Source of the DNA: Bacteroidia bacterium
GTDB lineage: Bacteria; Pseudomonadota; Gammaproteobacteria; Pseudomonadales; Halieaceae
NCBI GenBank assembly: GCA_047609575.1
Contig: JBLFXU010000001.1
Span: 1-45,881 of the forward strand
Direction of reading: 5' to 3'
Length of the DNA: 45,881 nucleotides
The notes below the pieces were generated by a model. It had not been told where the DNA came from. It searched no databases and saw only the letters and a list, made by a program, of their open reading frames with translations. Within the stretch, counting starts at the first letter, position 1; each line of letters starts with the position of its first letter. Both the position numbers and the translations under genes were made by a program. Positions 21,195-30,023 of this stretch are shown one piece after another.

Positions 21195-22388
21195 ATGAGT
21201 TCCACCGAAAACCCTGAGATCACGGCAGAATTTATTACCAGCCTGTCGCAGATTACCGCGCAGCAATGGGATGCCGTAGCACAGACGGATTACCCGTTCC
21301 TACGCCACGACTTTCTCTACGGATTGGAGCGCACAAACTGCACAACCGTCGAAACAGGCTGGCAGCCCTGCCACTTGTTACTGCGCCGCGGCGATGCGCT
21401 CGTTGGTATAATGCCTACGTATTTGAAATCACACTCCTATGGCGAATATGTGTTCGACTGGTCCTGGGCAGAGGCGTGGCAGAGCAAAGGGCACAGCTAT
21501 TATCCCAAACTGGTAACCGCCATCCCCTTCACACCCGCCACCGGCCCTCGCCTGTGTACTACGAATGCGTTGAGTCACGAAGAAGCTATGCACTGCGCCG
21601 TACAAGCGGTCCAACGCTTCGCCACGCAGCGCAACCTGTCTTCCTGGCACATGCTTTTTCCGACTGAGCAAGTGAGCGCGCAGTTGCTACAGGCAGGACT
21701 CCCACGCCGCGCCGCCACACAATTTCACTGGTTCAACGAAGACTACAAAACCTTCGATGAGTTTTTGGCCACCATGACCAGTCGAAAACGCAAGTCTCTC
21801 AAGCGTGAACGCCGCCGTGTGCAAGAGCAATCGATCACATTGCAAACACTCACAGGGGATGACATCAGTAAACAGGACTGGGAGACGTTTCACCGTTTTT
21901 ACCAGTTTACCTACGCCAAGCGCAGCGGGCACGGCGGTTACCTGAGTCGGGAGTTTTTTTTGGAAACCGCCGCAGGGCTGGGTGAACAGGTGGTCATGGT
22001 ACTGGCTTACCGGGAGGGGGAGGCTATTGCTGGCGCGCTTTATTTCCGCTCCAGCGACACTCTATTTGGCCGCTACTGGGGCTGCGAGCAGGAATTCGAC
22101 TGCCTCCACTTTGAAGCCTGCTACTACCAGGGTATCGAATACTGTATTGAGCACGGACTATCACGTTTTGATCCAGGCGCGCAGGGAGAGCATAAGATCC
22201 AACGCGGTTTTCACCCGGTAACAACCTGGTCTAATCACTGGATCGCAGATCCTGACCTGGCGGTTGCAGTCGCAGATTTTACCCGACGCGAAGAGCACCA
22301 AAATGAACACTATCGACAGGCTACATCGCAGTTACTGCCTTTTCGAATGCCCGACAACGAAGCCGTTCCCGGCAAGAAGCCCCTATGA
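21195..22388 (+). CDS. GNAT/FemAB-like protein (DUF482 type)
   Basis: YLKSHSYGEYVFDWSWA, IPFTPATGPR, GRYWG, LHFEACYYQGIEYCI, GAQGEHKIQRGF. Confidence 0.88.
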   Translation: MSSTENPEITAEFITSLSQITAQQWDAVAQTDYPFLRHDFLYGLERTNCTTVETGWQPCHLLLRRGDALVGIMPTYLKSHSYGEYVFDWSWAEAWQSKGHSYYPKLVTAIPFTPATGPRLCTTNALSHEEAMHCAVQAVQRFATQRNLSSWHMLFPTEQVSAQLLQAGLPRRAATQFHWFNEDYKTFDEFLATMTSRKRKSLKRERRRVQEQSITLQTLTGDDISKQDWETFHRFYQFTYAKRSGHGGYLSREFFLETAAGLGEQVVMVLAYREGEAIAGALYFRSSDTLFGRYWGCEQEFDCLHFEACYYQGIEYCIEHGLSRFDPGAQGEHKIQRGFHPVTTWSNHWIADPDLAVAVADFTRREEHQNEHYRQATSQLLPFRMPDNEAVPGKKPL

Positions 22389-22698
22389 ATAACAATGACA
22401 AACCGGCCTTGATTGTCGATCGGACGGCCCTGTGGCCATTATCACCAACAACGACGCACCCATAAACCGCATGACCCTGGGGTTTATCGATGAGTTGGAG
22501 ACCGGACTGCCGCAACTTGCAGAAGACCATACCGTGCGCGCAATCATCCTCCGGGGTGCCGGTGAAGACAGCTTTTCAGTTGGCATGAACCTGAAACAAC
22601 TCGGTGAAGGGAAAGCCTCCTCGGGTAGTCACCAACTGGAGGGTATGATGGCGTTTCTGGAAAAACGAAAGCCCGATTTCTCTTCCGACCCCAAGTAA
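22385..22698 (+). pseudogene. Enoyl-CoA hydratase/isomerase (crotonase) remnant with a frameshift and large internal deletion
   Basis: ATG 22385 reads MNNNDKPALIVDR, then shifts frame near 22423 into (D)GPVAIITNNDAPINRM...VRAIILRGAGEDSFSVGMNL. This is joined almost directly to the crotonase C-terminal motif EGMMAFLEKRKPDF; the catalytic core is missing. Confidence 0.8.
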
Positions 22699-22701
22699 CA
22701 A

Positions 22702-23304
22702 CTAGCCGATACGACGCTGCCAGACCAACAGCCTATTGTTGGCAGGCATGGTGTTATCCGATTGCAGCACAAAGCCTGCGCTGGCCGCCAACTCGTTTAC
22801 TGACTCGAAATGCCGAATCGCGCTCAGCGGGTTTTGCTGCGCCAGCCACTCATCAAAACGCGCATTACTGTCAACGGTGTATTGACCTCCATAATTGAAC
22901 GGCCCATACACGGCTAATACCGTTCCATCCGCTGCCTCACGGTCCAGCATCGCAAACAAACGCTGCACAGCAGCATAGGGCATGATATGGAACGTATTGG
23001 CGGTGTATATCGCTTCGGGAATCACCAGTGGCCATGGATCCTGCGCAACATCCAACGCGACCTCTGGCGCAAGATTGGTGCCGGTGAATGCTCTGCACCT
23101 GGCATGCAGATTCAGCAGGTTTTCCGGCAAGTCGCTGGGTTGCCAGCGCAACCAAGGCATACGCTGCGCAAAGTAACAGGCGTGCTGACCCGTGCCGCTG
23201 CCGATTTCCAGAACTTTAACCTGGTCAGCAAAAGCGCTCTTGAGGACTTCAAAAATATAGTCCCTGTTGTTCTCGCAGGCCTGGGAGTAGGGAAGGTCGG
23301 ACAC
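22702..23304 (-). CDS. DUF938 family class I SAM-dependent methyltransferase
   Basis: SQACENNR, VLEIGSGTGQHA, WQPSD, YGPFNYGG, MPANNRLLVW. GTG start inferred at 23304. Confidence 0.88.
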   Translation of the reverse strand: MSDLPYSQACENNRDYIFEVLKSAFADQVKVLEIGSGTGQHACYFAQRMPWLRWQPSDLPENLLNLHARCRAFTGTNLAPEVALDVAQDPWPLVIPEAIYTANTFHIMPYAAVQRLFAMLDREAADGTVLAVYGPFNYGGQYTVDSNARFDEWLAQQNPLSAIRHFESVNELAASAGFVLQSDNTMPANNRLLVWQRRIG

Positions 23305-23314
23305 AGGGTACGTA

Positions 23315-24097
23315 TCAGGCCGAGGCGGGTTTGTCGCGCGTGAATACAAACTCTCGGGCGGTGGACTCGCCTTTGTTGTAGCGATAGCCATCTACACGGA
23401 AATTTTTCAGACCCTCGGGATCGTTCAGTCCCTGGTCGATGATGTAACGCGTCATCTGTCCCCGGGCCTTTTTCGCAAAAAAGCTGATGATTTTGTATTT
23501 GTCGCCTTTGAGGTCTTTGAACACCGGCGTCACAATATCTGCCTCCAGCGCTGTTTTCTGTACTGCTTTGAAATACTCATTGGAGGCCAGGTTAATCAAC
23601 ACTTTACTGCCAGACTTACCCAACTGTTTGTTGAGCGCCTGCGTAATCGAATCACCCCAAAAATCATAGAGATTCTTGCCGCCGCTATTGGCAAACTTGA
23701 GGCCCATCTCCAATCGATAAGGCTGCATCAAATCCAGCGGCCGCAGCAGCCCATAAAGACCTGACAGTATGCACAGATGCTTCTGAGCAAAGCCAAGCTC
23801 TGCCGAGCTGAGGGTATCTGCCTCCAGCCCGGTATACACATCGCCCTTGAAGGCCAGGATAGACTGCTTGGCGTTGTTCAGGTCGAAAGGCGTTCTCCAG
23901 TTCATAAAACGCGCGTGATTGAGGTTGGCGATATTCTCGCTGACACCCATCAAGTTGCGAATATCCTGCGGACTCAGGTCCCGGGCGTCTTCAACCAGAG
24001 CCGTAGACTGTTCCAGGAATAAAGGCTGCGTGCTTTTACGCGTTGTTGGGGGTGTTTCAAAATCCAGCGTTTTCGCCGGTGATATCACTGTTAGCAT
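23315..24097 (-). CDS. yaaA: Peroxide stress protein YaaA
   Basis: MLTVISPAKTLDF, FKGDVYTGL, LSGLYGLLRPLDLMQPYRLEMG, NLASNEY, AKKARG. Confidence 0.95.
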   Translation of the reverse strand: MLTVISPAKTLDFETPPTTRKSTQPLFLEQSTALVEDARDLSPQDIRNLMGVSENIANLNHARFMNWRTPFDLNNAKQSILAFKGDVYTGLEADTLSSAELGFAQKHLCILSGLYGLLRPLDLMQPYRLEMGLKFANSGGKNLYDFWGDSITQALNKQLGKSGSKVLINLASNEYFKAVQKTALEADIVTPVFKDLKGDKYKIISFFAKKARGQMTRYIIDQGLNDPEGLKNFRVDGYRYNKGESTAREFVFTRDKPASA

Positions 24098-24198
24098 GGG
24101 TTGGAGTCCGCTACTCGATGGTAAAGGCCGCGCCTTTTATCTTAACTGGTTGGCTATGATACTCTGAGACACAACAATCACAAAAAAACTTGTTCTGC

Positions 24199-24714
24199 AT
24201 GGCTTTCCTGCGCAACTGCGTCCACTTAATCGACTTCCTAACAGACCGCACTGGCCGCCTCATCGCCTGGCTAGGACTGGGAATGGCCGTCATTACTGCG
24301 CTGGTGGTGGTGCTTCGTTACGGCTTCAATATCGGTTCAATCCTGGGCCAGGAGTCAGTGATCTACATGCACGGCTCCCTGTTCCTGCTCGGAGCGGCGT
24401 ACGCTCTGAAAACTGGCGCCCATGTCAGGGTGGACATCTTTTATCGCAACTTTAGCCCTCGCGCCAAGGCCTGGGTAAACAGCCTCGGTGGCATCGTATT
24501 TCTATTGCCCCTGTGCACTTTTATTGTCATTAGCAGTTGGGGCTATGTTGGCGAGTCCTGGTCGATGCGCGAGACCTCACCTGAGCCAGGGGGTATTCCC
24601 GCGGTGTTTTTGCTCAAAAGCTTGATACCTGTGGCGGCGATCAATCTCGCCCTACAGGGCGTAGCAGAGATTTTTCGCAGTGTGCTGGTATTGGTAGAGG
24701 GGCGGGCGGAGTAA
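24199..24714 (+). CDS. TRAP transporter small permease (DctQ family)
   Basis: Four hydrophobic segments, VVLRYGF, AHVRVDIFY; stop overlaps the dctM start (TAATG). Confidence 0.9.
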   Translation: MAFLRNCVHLIDFLTDRTGRLIAWLGLGMAVITALVVVLRYGFNIGSILGQESVIYMHGSLFLLGAAYALKTGAHVRVDIFYRNFSPRAKAWVNSLGGIVFLLPLCTFIVISSWGYVGESWSMRETSPEPGGIPAVFLLKSLIPVAAINLALQGVAEIFRSVLVLVEGRAE

Positions 24715-26081
24715 TGGAATTCATCGCTATTTATATGTTCCTCGCGGTCTGCCTGCTACTCATGCTGGGTTATCCCGTTGCATTCACGCTAGCAGGCACT
24801 GCGCTGGCCTTCGCCACCGGTGGCATTTTATTCGGTGTCTTCGATGCCAATTTCCTTTCTGCCTTGCCAGGACGTATTTTCGGTACGGTCAATAATATGA
24901 CCTTGATAGCCGTGCCCCTGTTCATTCTGATGGGTAACGTTCTGGAGAAATCCCGGGTTGCCGAAGAGCTGCTGGACAGCATGGCAAAAGTATTCGGCGG
25001 CTTGCGCGGCGGCCTTGGCATCTCGGTTGTTGTTGTCGGAATGCTCCTTGCTGCGAGCACGGGTATTGTCGGGGCGACGGTTGTTACCATGGGTTTGCTC
25101 TCTCTGCCCACTATGTTGCGCGCCGGTTATAGCCCGAGTCTAGCCACCGGCACCATCTGCGCCACGGGCACGCTCGGTCAGATCATCCCACCCTCCATCG
25201 CGCTCGTACTGCTAGGAGACATACTCTCCAACGCTTACCAACAAGCCCAGCTGAATATGAATATCTTCAACCCGAAGACGGTCTCTGTCGGCGATCTGTT
25301 CGTGGGCGCCTTGATTCCAGGACTAATGCTAGTCGGCATGTACATACTCTACCTGCTGGCCTACGCCCGGCTGCGTCCGGACGAGGCTCCCCCTGCAGAG
25401 AGTGGGCCACTCGACGTAACCGCGCTGCTAAAGGGACTACTGCCGCCGCTAGGCCTGATCGGCATCGTATTGGGTTCAATTCTTGCCGGTGCGGCCACCC
25501 CGACGGAGGCCGCAGGTATCGGCGCAGTTGGCGCTCTAGTGCTGGCCTACGCGAAAAGGCAAATGGATTTCGCCCGTCTTAAAGCTGCCCTACAAAATAC
25601 GCTGGAAGTCACCTGCATGGTCTTTATGATCCTGATAGGTGCCGCTGTGTTCTCGTTGGTGTTCAGGGGCTTTGGCGGCGAAGAGCTTATCCACGGCTTT
25701 TTTGATGGTATGCCCGGCGGCGTGATGGGTGCCACGCTGGTGGTCATGCTGGTGATATTCCTGCTGGGCTTTATTCTGGATTTCATTGAGATCACCTTCG
25801 TGGTCGTGCCAATTGTCGGGCCGATTCTACTTGCTATGGGAGTGGACCCCGTCTGGCTGGGGATCATGATTGCCCTGAACTTACAAACGTCTTTTCTAAC
25901 ACCGCCGTTTGGCTTTGCACTGTTTTATCTGCGCGGAGTGGCCCCCGAAAGTGTGTCTACCGGCGCTATCTACCGCGGTGTGGTTCCCTTTATAATCCTG
26001 CAACTACTGTTAATGCTGGCACTGTGGTTTTGGCCCGAACTGGCCACCTGGCTACCTGCTAAAGTTAAGGCTAGTGCCTGA
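24714..26081 (+). CDS. TRAP transporter large permease (DctM family)
   Basis: AVPLFILMG, GTLGQIIPPS, TPTEAA, SFLTPPFG; about 12 TM helices. Confidence 0.94.
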   Translation: MEFIAIYMFLAVCLLLMLGYPVAFTLAGTALAFATGGILFGVFDANFLSALPGRIFGTVNNMTLIAVPLFILMGNVLEKSRVAEELLDSMAKVFGGLRGGLGISVVVVGMLLAASTGIVGATVVTMGLLSLPTMLRAGYSPSLATGTICATGTLGQIIPPSIALVLLGDILSNAYQQAQLNMNIFNPKTVSVGDLFVGALIPGLMLVGMYILYLLAYARLRPDEAPPAESGPLDVTALLKGLLPPLGLIGIVLGSILAGAATPTEAAGIGAVGALVLAYAKRQMDFARLKAALQNTLEVTCMVFMILIGAAVFSLVFRGFGGEELIHGFFDGMPGGVMGATLVVMLVIFLLGFILDFIEITFVVVPIVGPILLAMGVDPVWLGIMIALNLQTSFLTPPFGFALFYLRGVAPESVSTGAIYRGVVPFIILQLLLMLALWFWPELATWLPAKVKASA

Positions 26082-26129
26082 TTTCAAACCGGGGCATTCC
26101 TGCTGCCGGTCCTCTTACGGACAAGCGCT

Positions 26130-26522
26130 ATGAGCGACATCGACACTACTCCCGTGCCACGCGGCAAACTTGCCCTGCAAACGGTTGCCATGCCCAAGGA
26201 CACCAACGCCACTGGCGACATTTTTGGTGGCTGGTTGTTGTCGCAGATGGATATCGCAGGGCTCATCACGGCCAGTGAGGCAGCAGACGGGCGCGCTGCC
26301 ACGGTCGCGATCGACGGTATGACCTTCCTCACACCGGTACACGTAGGTGCCGTGGTGTCCTGCTATTGCGACGTACTGGAAGTCGGGCGCAGTTCAATCC
26401 GCATCCTTGTGGAAGTGTGGATAAAATCAAAGATAGACGGCGAGCCGCTGAAAGTGACCGAGGGGGAGTTTGTGTTCGTCGCGATCGATGAGACGGGGCA
26501 TACGCGGGGAATTTCCAGCTAA
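26130..26522 (+). CDS. Acyl-CoA thioesterase (YciA-like hotdog fold)
   Basis: AMPKDTNATGDIFGGWLLSQMD, VGRSSI, FVFVAID. Confidence 0.9.
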   Translation: MSDIDTTPVPRGKLALQTVAMPKDTNATGDIFGGWLLSQMDIAGLITASEAADGRAATVAIDGMTFLTPVHVGAVVSCYCDVLEVGRSSIRILVEVWIKSKIDGEPLKVTEGEFVFVAIDETGHTRGISS

Positions 26523-26549
26523 ATTACGATCCCTGGCGCTACAGCGCGT

Positions 26550-27716
26550 CTAATATTCATCATCGCCAAACACTTCATCACGCAGGTTGATGTAAGCCTG
26601 TTCGGAAATGTGATGGTAGTTGCGCACACCATTGTAGAACTCACGGTAAGACGCGTAGACCTTGGCCGCCATCGGGTCCTTTTCAACTAGCGACTTCAAT
26701 GCCTGCTGCGTGCCCTTCCAAAACGCCGCCATCACATCGTCTGGCATGCGTCGCAACTGCACCCCATGTTCATCAATCAAACTCGTTAAAGCGGCATTAT
26801 TGCGCGCTGTATATTCGTCGAGCATGTCCTGGTTTACCGCACGTGAGGCGTACTTAACGATGGCCTGCAGGTCTGGGGGCAAAGCCAGGTAAGCGTCCTT
26901 ATTAACAATAAACTCCAGCGTAGCACCCGGTTCGTGCCAGCCAGGATAGTAGTAGTACTTGGCCACTTCATGAAAGCCGAAGGCGAGATCATTGTAAGGG
27001 CCGACCCATTCCAACGCGTCTATAACGCCCGTCTGCATAGACGTGTAAAGCTCTCCACCGGCAATACGCACTGCGCTGCCGCCCGCGGCCGCAAACACTT
27101 CACCGGCAAGGCCAGGGATCCGCATTTTCAAACCCTTAATGTCCTCGATGGAGTTTATTTCCTTATTGAACCAACCCGCCATCTGCACGCCGGTGCTACC
27201 ACCGGCCATCGGAATAAGATTGTAGGGCGCGTAGGCCTCCTGCCACAGTTCTTCGCCGCCGCCATAGTGCAGCCAGCCATTCATTTCCTGGGCGTTCATA
27301 CCAAACGGTACTGAGGTAAAAAATACTGACGAGGGAACTTTGCCCTTCCAGTAGTAAGCCGCCCCGTGCCCCGCCTCGGCGACGCCTCCAGATACGGCGT
27401 CAAATACTTCCATGGCCGGCACGATTTCACCCGCGCCATACACATGCAAGGTGAGTCGGCCATTACTCATCTCATCCACAATGCGGGAAAAGTTCTCTGC
27501 TGCCAGGCCCAGTCCGGGAAAGTTCTTTGGCCAAGTGGTGATAATTTTCCATTGAAAGGTCTGGCCGTTGCCGGTGTAGGCCGAATTCACCGAAGCAATA
27601 CCATCAGCTTGTGTAGTCCGATCCCTAGCCCACAGCCCCAGCGTCGTTACAAGCGCGGCTACCAATAGCAAGATGATCATCGGGGTGTAGCGTTTTTCGG
27701 TGGGAACATCGGCCAT
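26550..27716 (-). CDS. TRAP transporter substrate-binding protein (DctP, TakP-like subfamily)
   Basis: WKIITTWPKNFPGLG, AAYYWKGK, GLKMRIPG, EWVGPYND, YYYPGWHEPG. Confidence 0.92.
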   Translation of the reverse strand: MADVPTEKRYTPMIILLLVAALVTTLGLWARDRTTQADGIASVNSAYTGNGQTFQWKIITTWPKNFPGLGLAAENFSRIVDEMSNGRLTLHVYGAGEIVPAMEVFDAVSGGVAEAGHGAAYYWKGKVPSSVFFTSVPFGMNAQEMNGWLHYGGGEELWQEAYAPYNLIPMAGGSTGVQMAGWFNKEINSIEDIKGLKMRIPGLAGEVFAAAGGSAVRIAGGELYTSMQTGVIDALEWVGPYNDLAFGFHEVAKYYYYPGWHEPGATLEFIVNKDAYLALPPDLQAIVKYASRAVNQDMLDEYTARNNAALTSLIDEHGVQLRRMPDDVMAAFWKGTQQALKSLVEKDPMAAKVYASYREFYNGVRNYHHISEQAYINLRDEVFGDDEY

Positions 27717-27781
27717 GACGTGTAGCGCCTCTTTGTGGATACAGCTTATTGCTTATTCTTGGTTCGGCTTAATTCAGCGGC

Positions 27782-29932
27782 TTACATCAGCTGCAGGTTT
27801 GCGTATTGCAGCACCAACCACTTGCTACCTTCAGTATCAAAATTCACTTCCACGCGGGCACTGGCGCCACGGCCTTCAAAGTTTAACACGACGCCCTCGC
27901 CAAACACCTGATGATAAACCGGCTGACCCAGCGACAAGTCAGTATCCGGCACCTGGGCATGGGTAAGGCTACTCACAGGCTGCGAAATGGTGCCATGCAA
28001 GCGCACCTCCTCAATCAGTTCAGCGGGTATTTCACGCACAAATCGAGAGGGTGCGTTGAAGGTCTCACTACCGTGCAGGCGACGACATTCGGCATAAGTC
28101 ATAACCAACTTCTCCATTGCACGTGTGATACCCACGTAACAAAGACGCCTTTCCTCCTCAAGGCGGCCCGGCTCCTCCATCGACATACGGTGTGGAAAGA
28201 GGTTTTCTTCCATGCCCGCCAGGAACACTAATGGAAACTCCAGGCCCTTGGCCGAGTGCAGGGTCATCAGCTGCACACTGTCCTCGTGCTCATCCGCCTG
28301 CGCATCACCCGCATCGAGCGCTGCGCGGTCGAGAAACTGCTGTAGTGGCGTGAGATCTTCGTCTTCGGGCACAAACTGTTTGGCGGCGCTGACCAGCTCC
28401 TCGAGGTTCTCGACGCGTGCCTGCCCCTTCTCACCCTTTTCCTTTTTATGGAACTCCACAAGATCTGACGACTGGATAACATGCTCCGCCAATTCCTCCA
28501 GTGTCAGCTCATCGATACCCGAGTCCAATTCGTTAATGAGAACCTGGAAGCCCTCCAGTGCTGCGAGGGCCCTCGCGGGCAGCAGTTTTTCATCCAACAC
28601 CACGCCTATCGCGCCCCACAGGGGGAGATTTCGCACCCGAGCTGCTTCTCTAACCGTATCCAGTGATTTCGCGCCAATGCCCCTGGGCGGAGTATTAATC
28701 ACTCGCTCCATGGCAGCATCGTCGCCACGATTAACCAGCAAACGCATGTAAGCCAATGCGTTGCGGATTTCCATGCGTTCATAAAAGCGCTGACCCCCGT
28801 AAATGCGGTAGGGCATGCCGTGTCGAATAAGAGATTCTTCCAGTACTCGGGACTGGGCGTTAGAGCGGTACAGGATTGCGGCGGAGGATCGATTATTGCC
28901 CGAATCCAGCCATTGCTGAATCTGCTCTACGATGTAACGCGCCTCGTCCTGCTCATTGAAGCCCGCGTACAGGCTGATAGGCTCACCGGTTTCACCACTG
29001 GTCCACAGTTCTTTACCCAGACGGCCGAGGTTATTCGCAATCACGCCATTGGCGGCCTGCAAAATAGTCTGGGTGGAGCGATAGTTCTGTTCCAAACGAA
29101 CGGTACGGGTATCGGCAAAATCTTCGGTAAACCGTTGAATATTCTCGATCTTGGCGCCGCGCCAGCCGTAAATTGACTGATCATCATCGCCTACCGCCAT
29201 CACGGGAATATTGCTCCCAGCCAGAACCCGCAGCCAGGCGTACTGAATCGTGTTGGTGTCCTGGAACTCATCCACCATGATCTGCCGAAATCGGCCCTGA
29301 TAATGCGCCAGCACCTCGGGGCTTTTCAGCCACAACTCGTGCGCGCGCAGAAGCAATTCGGCAAAATCCACCATGCCAGCCCGGTCACAAGCAATTTCAT
29401 AGGCCTGGTAGACTTGCCGCATGGTCTGGGCAAACAAGTCTCCGGGCGGGGTCTCGACGTGGGCCGCGCGCAGCCCCTCGTCTTTCTGCGAGTTGATAAA
29501 CCACATGGCCTGCTTTGGCGGCCAGCGGGACTCGTCCAGCTCAAGCTCCCGGCACACGCGCTTCACCAGTCTCAACTGGTCGTCGCCATCCAGAATCAGG
29601 AAGTTCCGGGGCAGGCCTGCCTCCTTCCAATGGGCTTTCAACAACCGGTGAGCCAAACCGTGAAAAGTGCCTACCCACATACCTCCAGAAGGCAAATGCA
29701 GCATTTCCTCGATGCGACCACGCATCTCGCGGGCCGCTTTATTGGTAAAGGTGACCGCCAGAATGGACCAGGGAGAGAAGTCCTCCGCACGGATCAACCA
29801 GGCAATGCGATGCACCAGAACGCGGGTTTTGCCGCTGCCTGCGCCCGCGAGCACCAGCATATTCTGGCCCTCGGCAGCAACGGCGTCACGCTGGGCATCA
29901 TTGAGTGGTGAAAGAATGTCAGTTACGTCCAT
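27782..29932 (-). CDS. uvrD: DNA helicase II
   Basis: AGAGSGKTRVLVHRIAWL, VDEFQDTN, LEQNYRST, LMTLHSAKGLEF, EEERRLCYVGITRA; C-terminal Tudor-like tail. Confidence 0.96.
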   Translation of the reverse strand: MDVTDILSPLNDAQRDAVAAEGQNMLVLAGAGSGKTRVLVHRIAWLIRAEDFSPWSILAVTFTNKAAREMRGRIEEMLHLPSGGMWVGTFHGLAHRLLKAHWKEAGLPRNFLILDGDDQLRLVKRVCRELELDESRWPPKQAMWFINSQKDEGLRAAHVETPPGDLFAQTMRQVYQAYEIACDRAGMVDFAELLLRAHELWLKSPEVLAHYQGRFRQIMVDEFQDTNTIQYAWLRVLAGSNIPVMAVGDDDQSIYGWRGAKIENIQRFTEDFADTRTVRLEQNYRSTQTILQAANGVIANNLGRLGKELWTSGETGEPISLYAGFNEQDEARYIVEQIQQWLDSGNNRSSAAILYRSNAQSRVLEESLIRHGMPYRIYGGQRFYERMEIRNALAYMRLLVNRGDDAAMERVINTPPRGIGAKSLDTVREAARVRNLPLWGAIGVVLDEKLLPARALAALEGFQVLINELDSGIDELTLEELAEHVIQSSDLVEFHKKEKGEKGQARVENLEELVSAAKQFVPEDEDLTPLQQFLDRAALDAGDAQADEHEDSVQLMTLHSAKGLEFPLVFLAGMEENLFPHRMSMEEPGRLEEERRLCYVGITRAMEKLVMTYAECRRLHGSETFNAPSRFVREIPAELIEEVRLHGTISQPVSSLTHAQVPDTDLSLGQPVYHQVFGEGVVLNFEGRGASARVEVNFDTEGSKWLVLQYANLQLM

Positions 29933-30023
29933 CGGCGCATTCTAACCAACTGATGCGATGGCATGTAGAACTTATTGCTCTGTAATCAACACGCGGTTGC
30001 CTTGAGCAGCGCGAAGACGCAAA

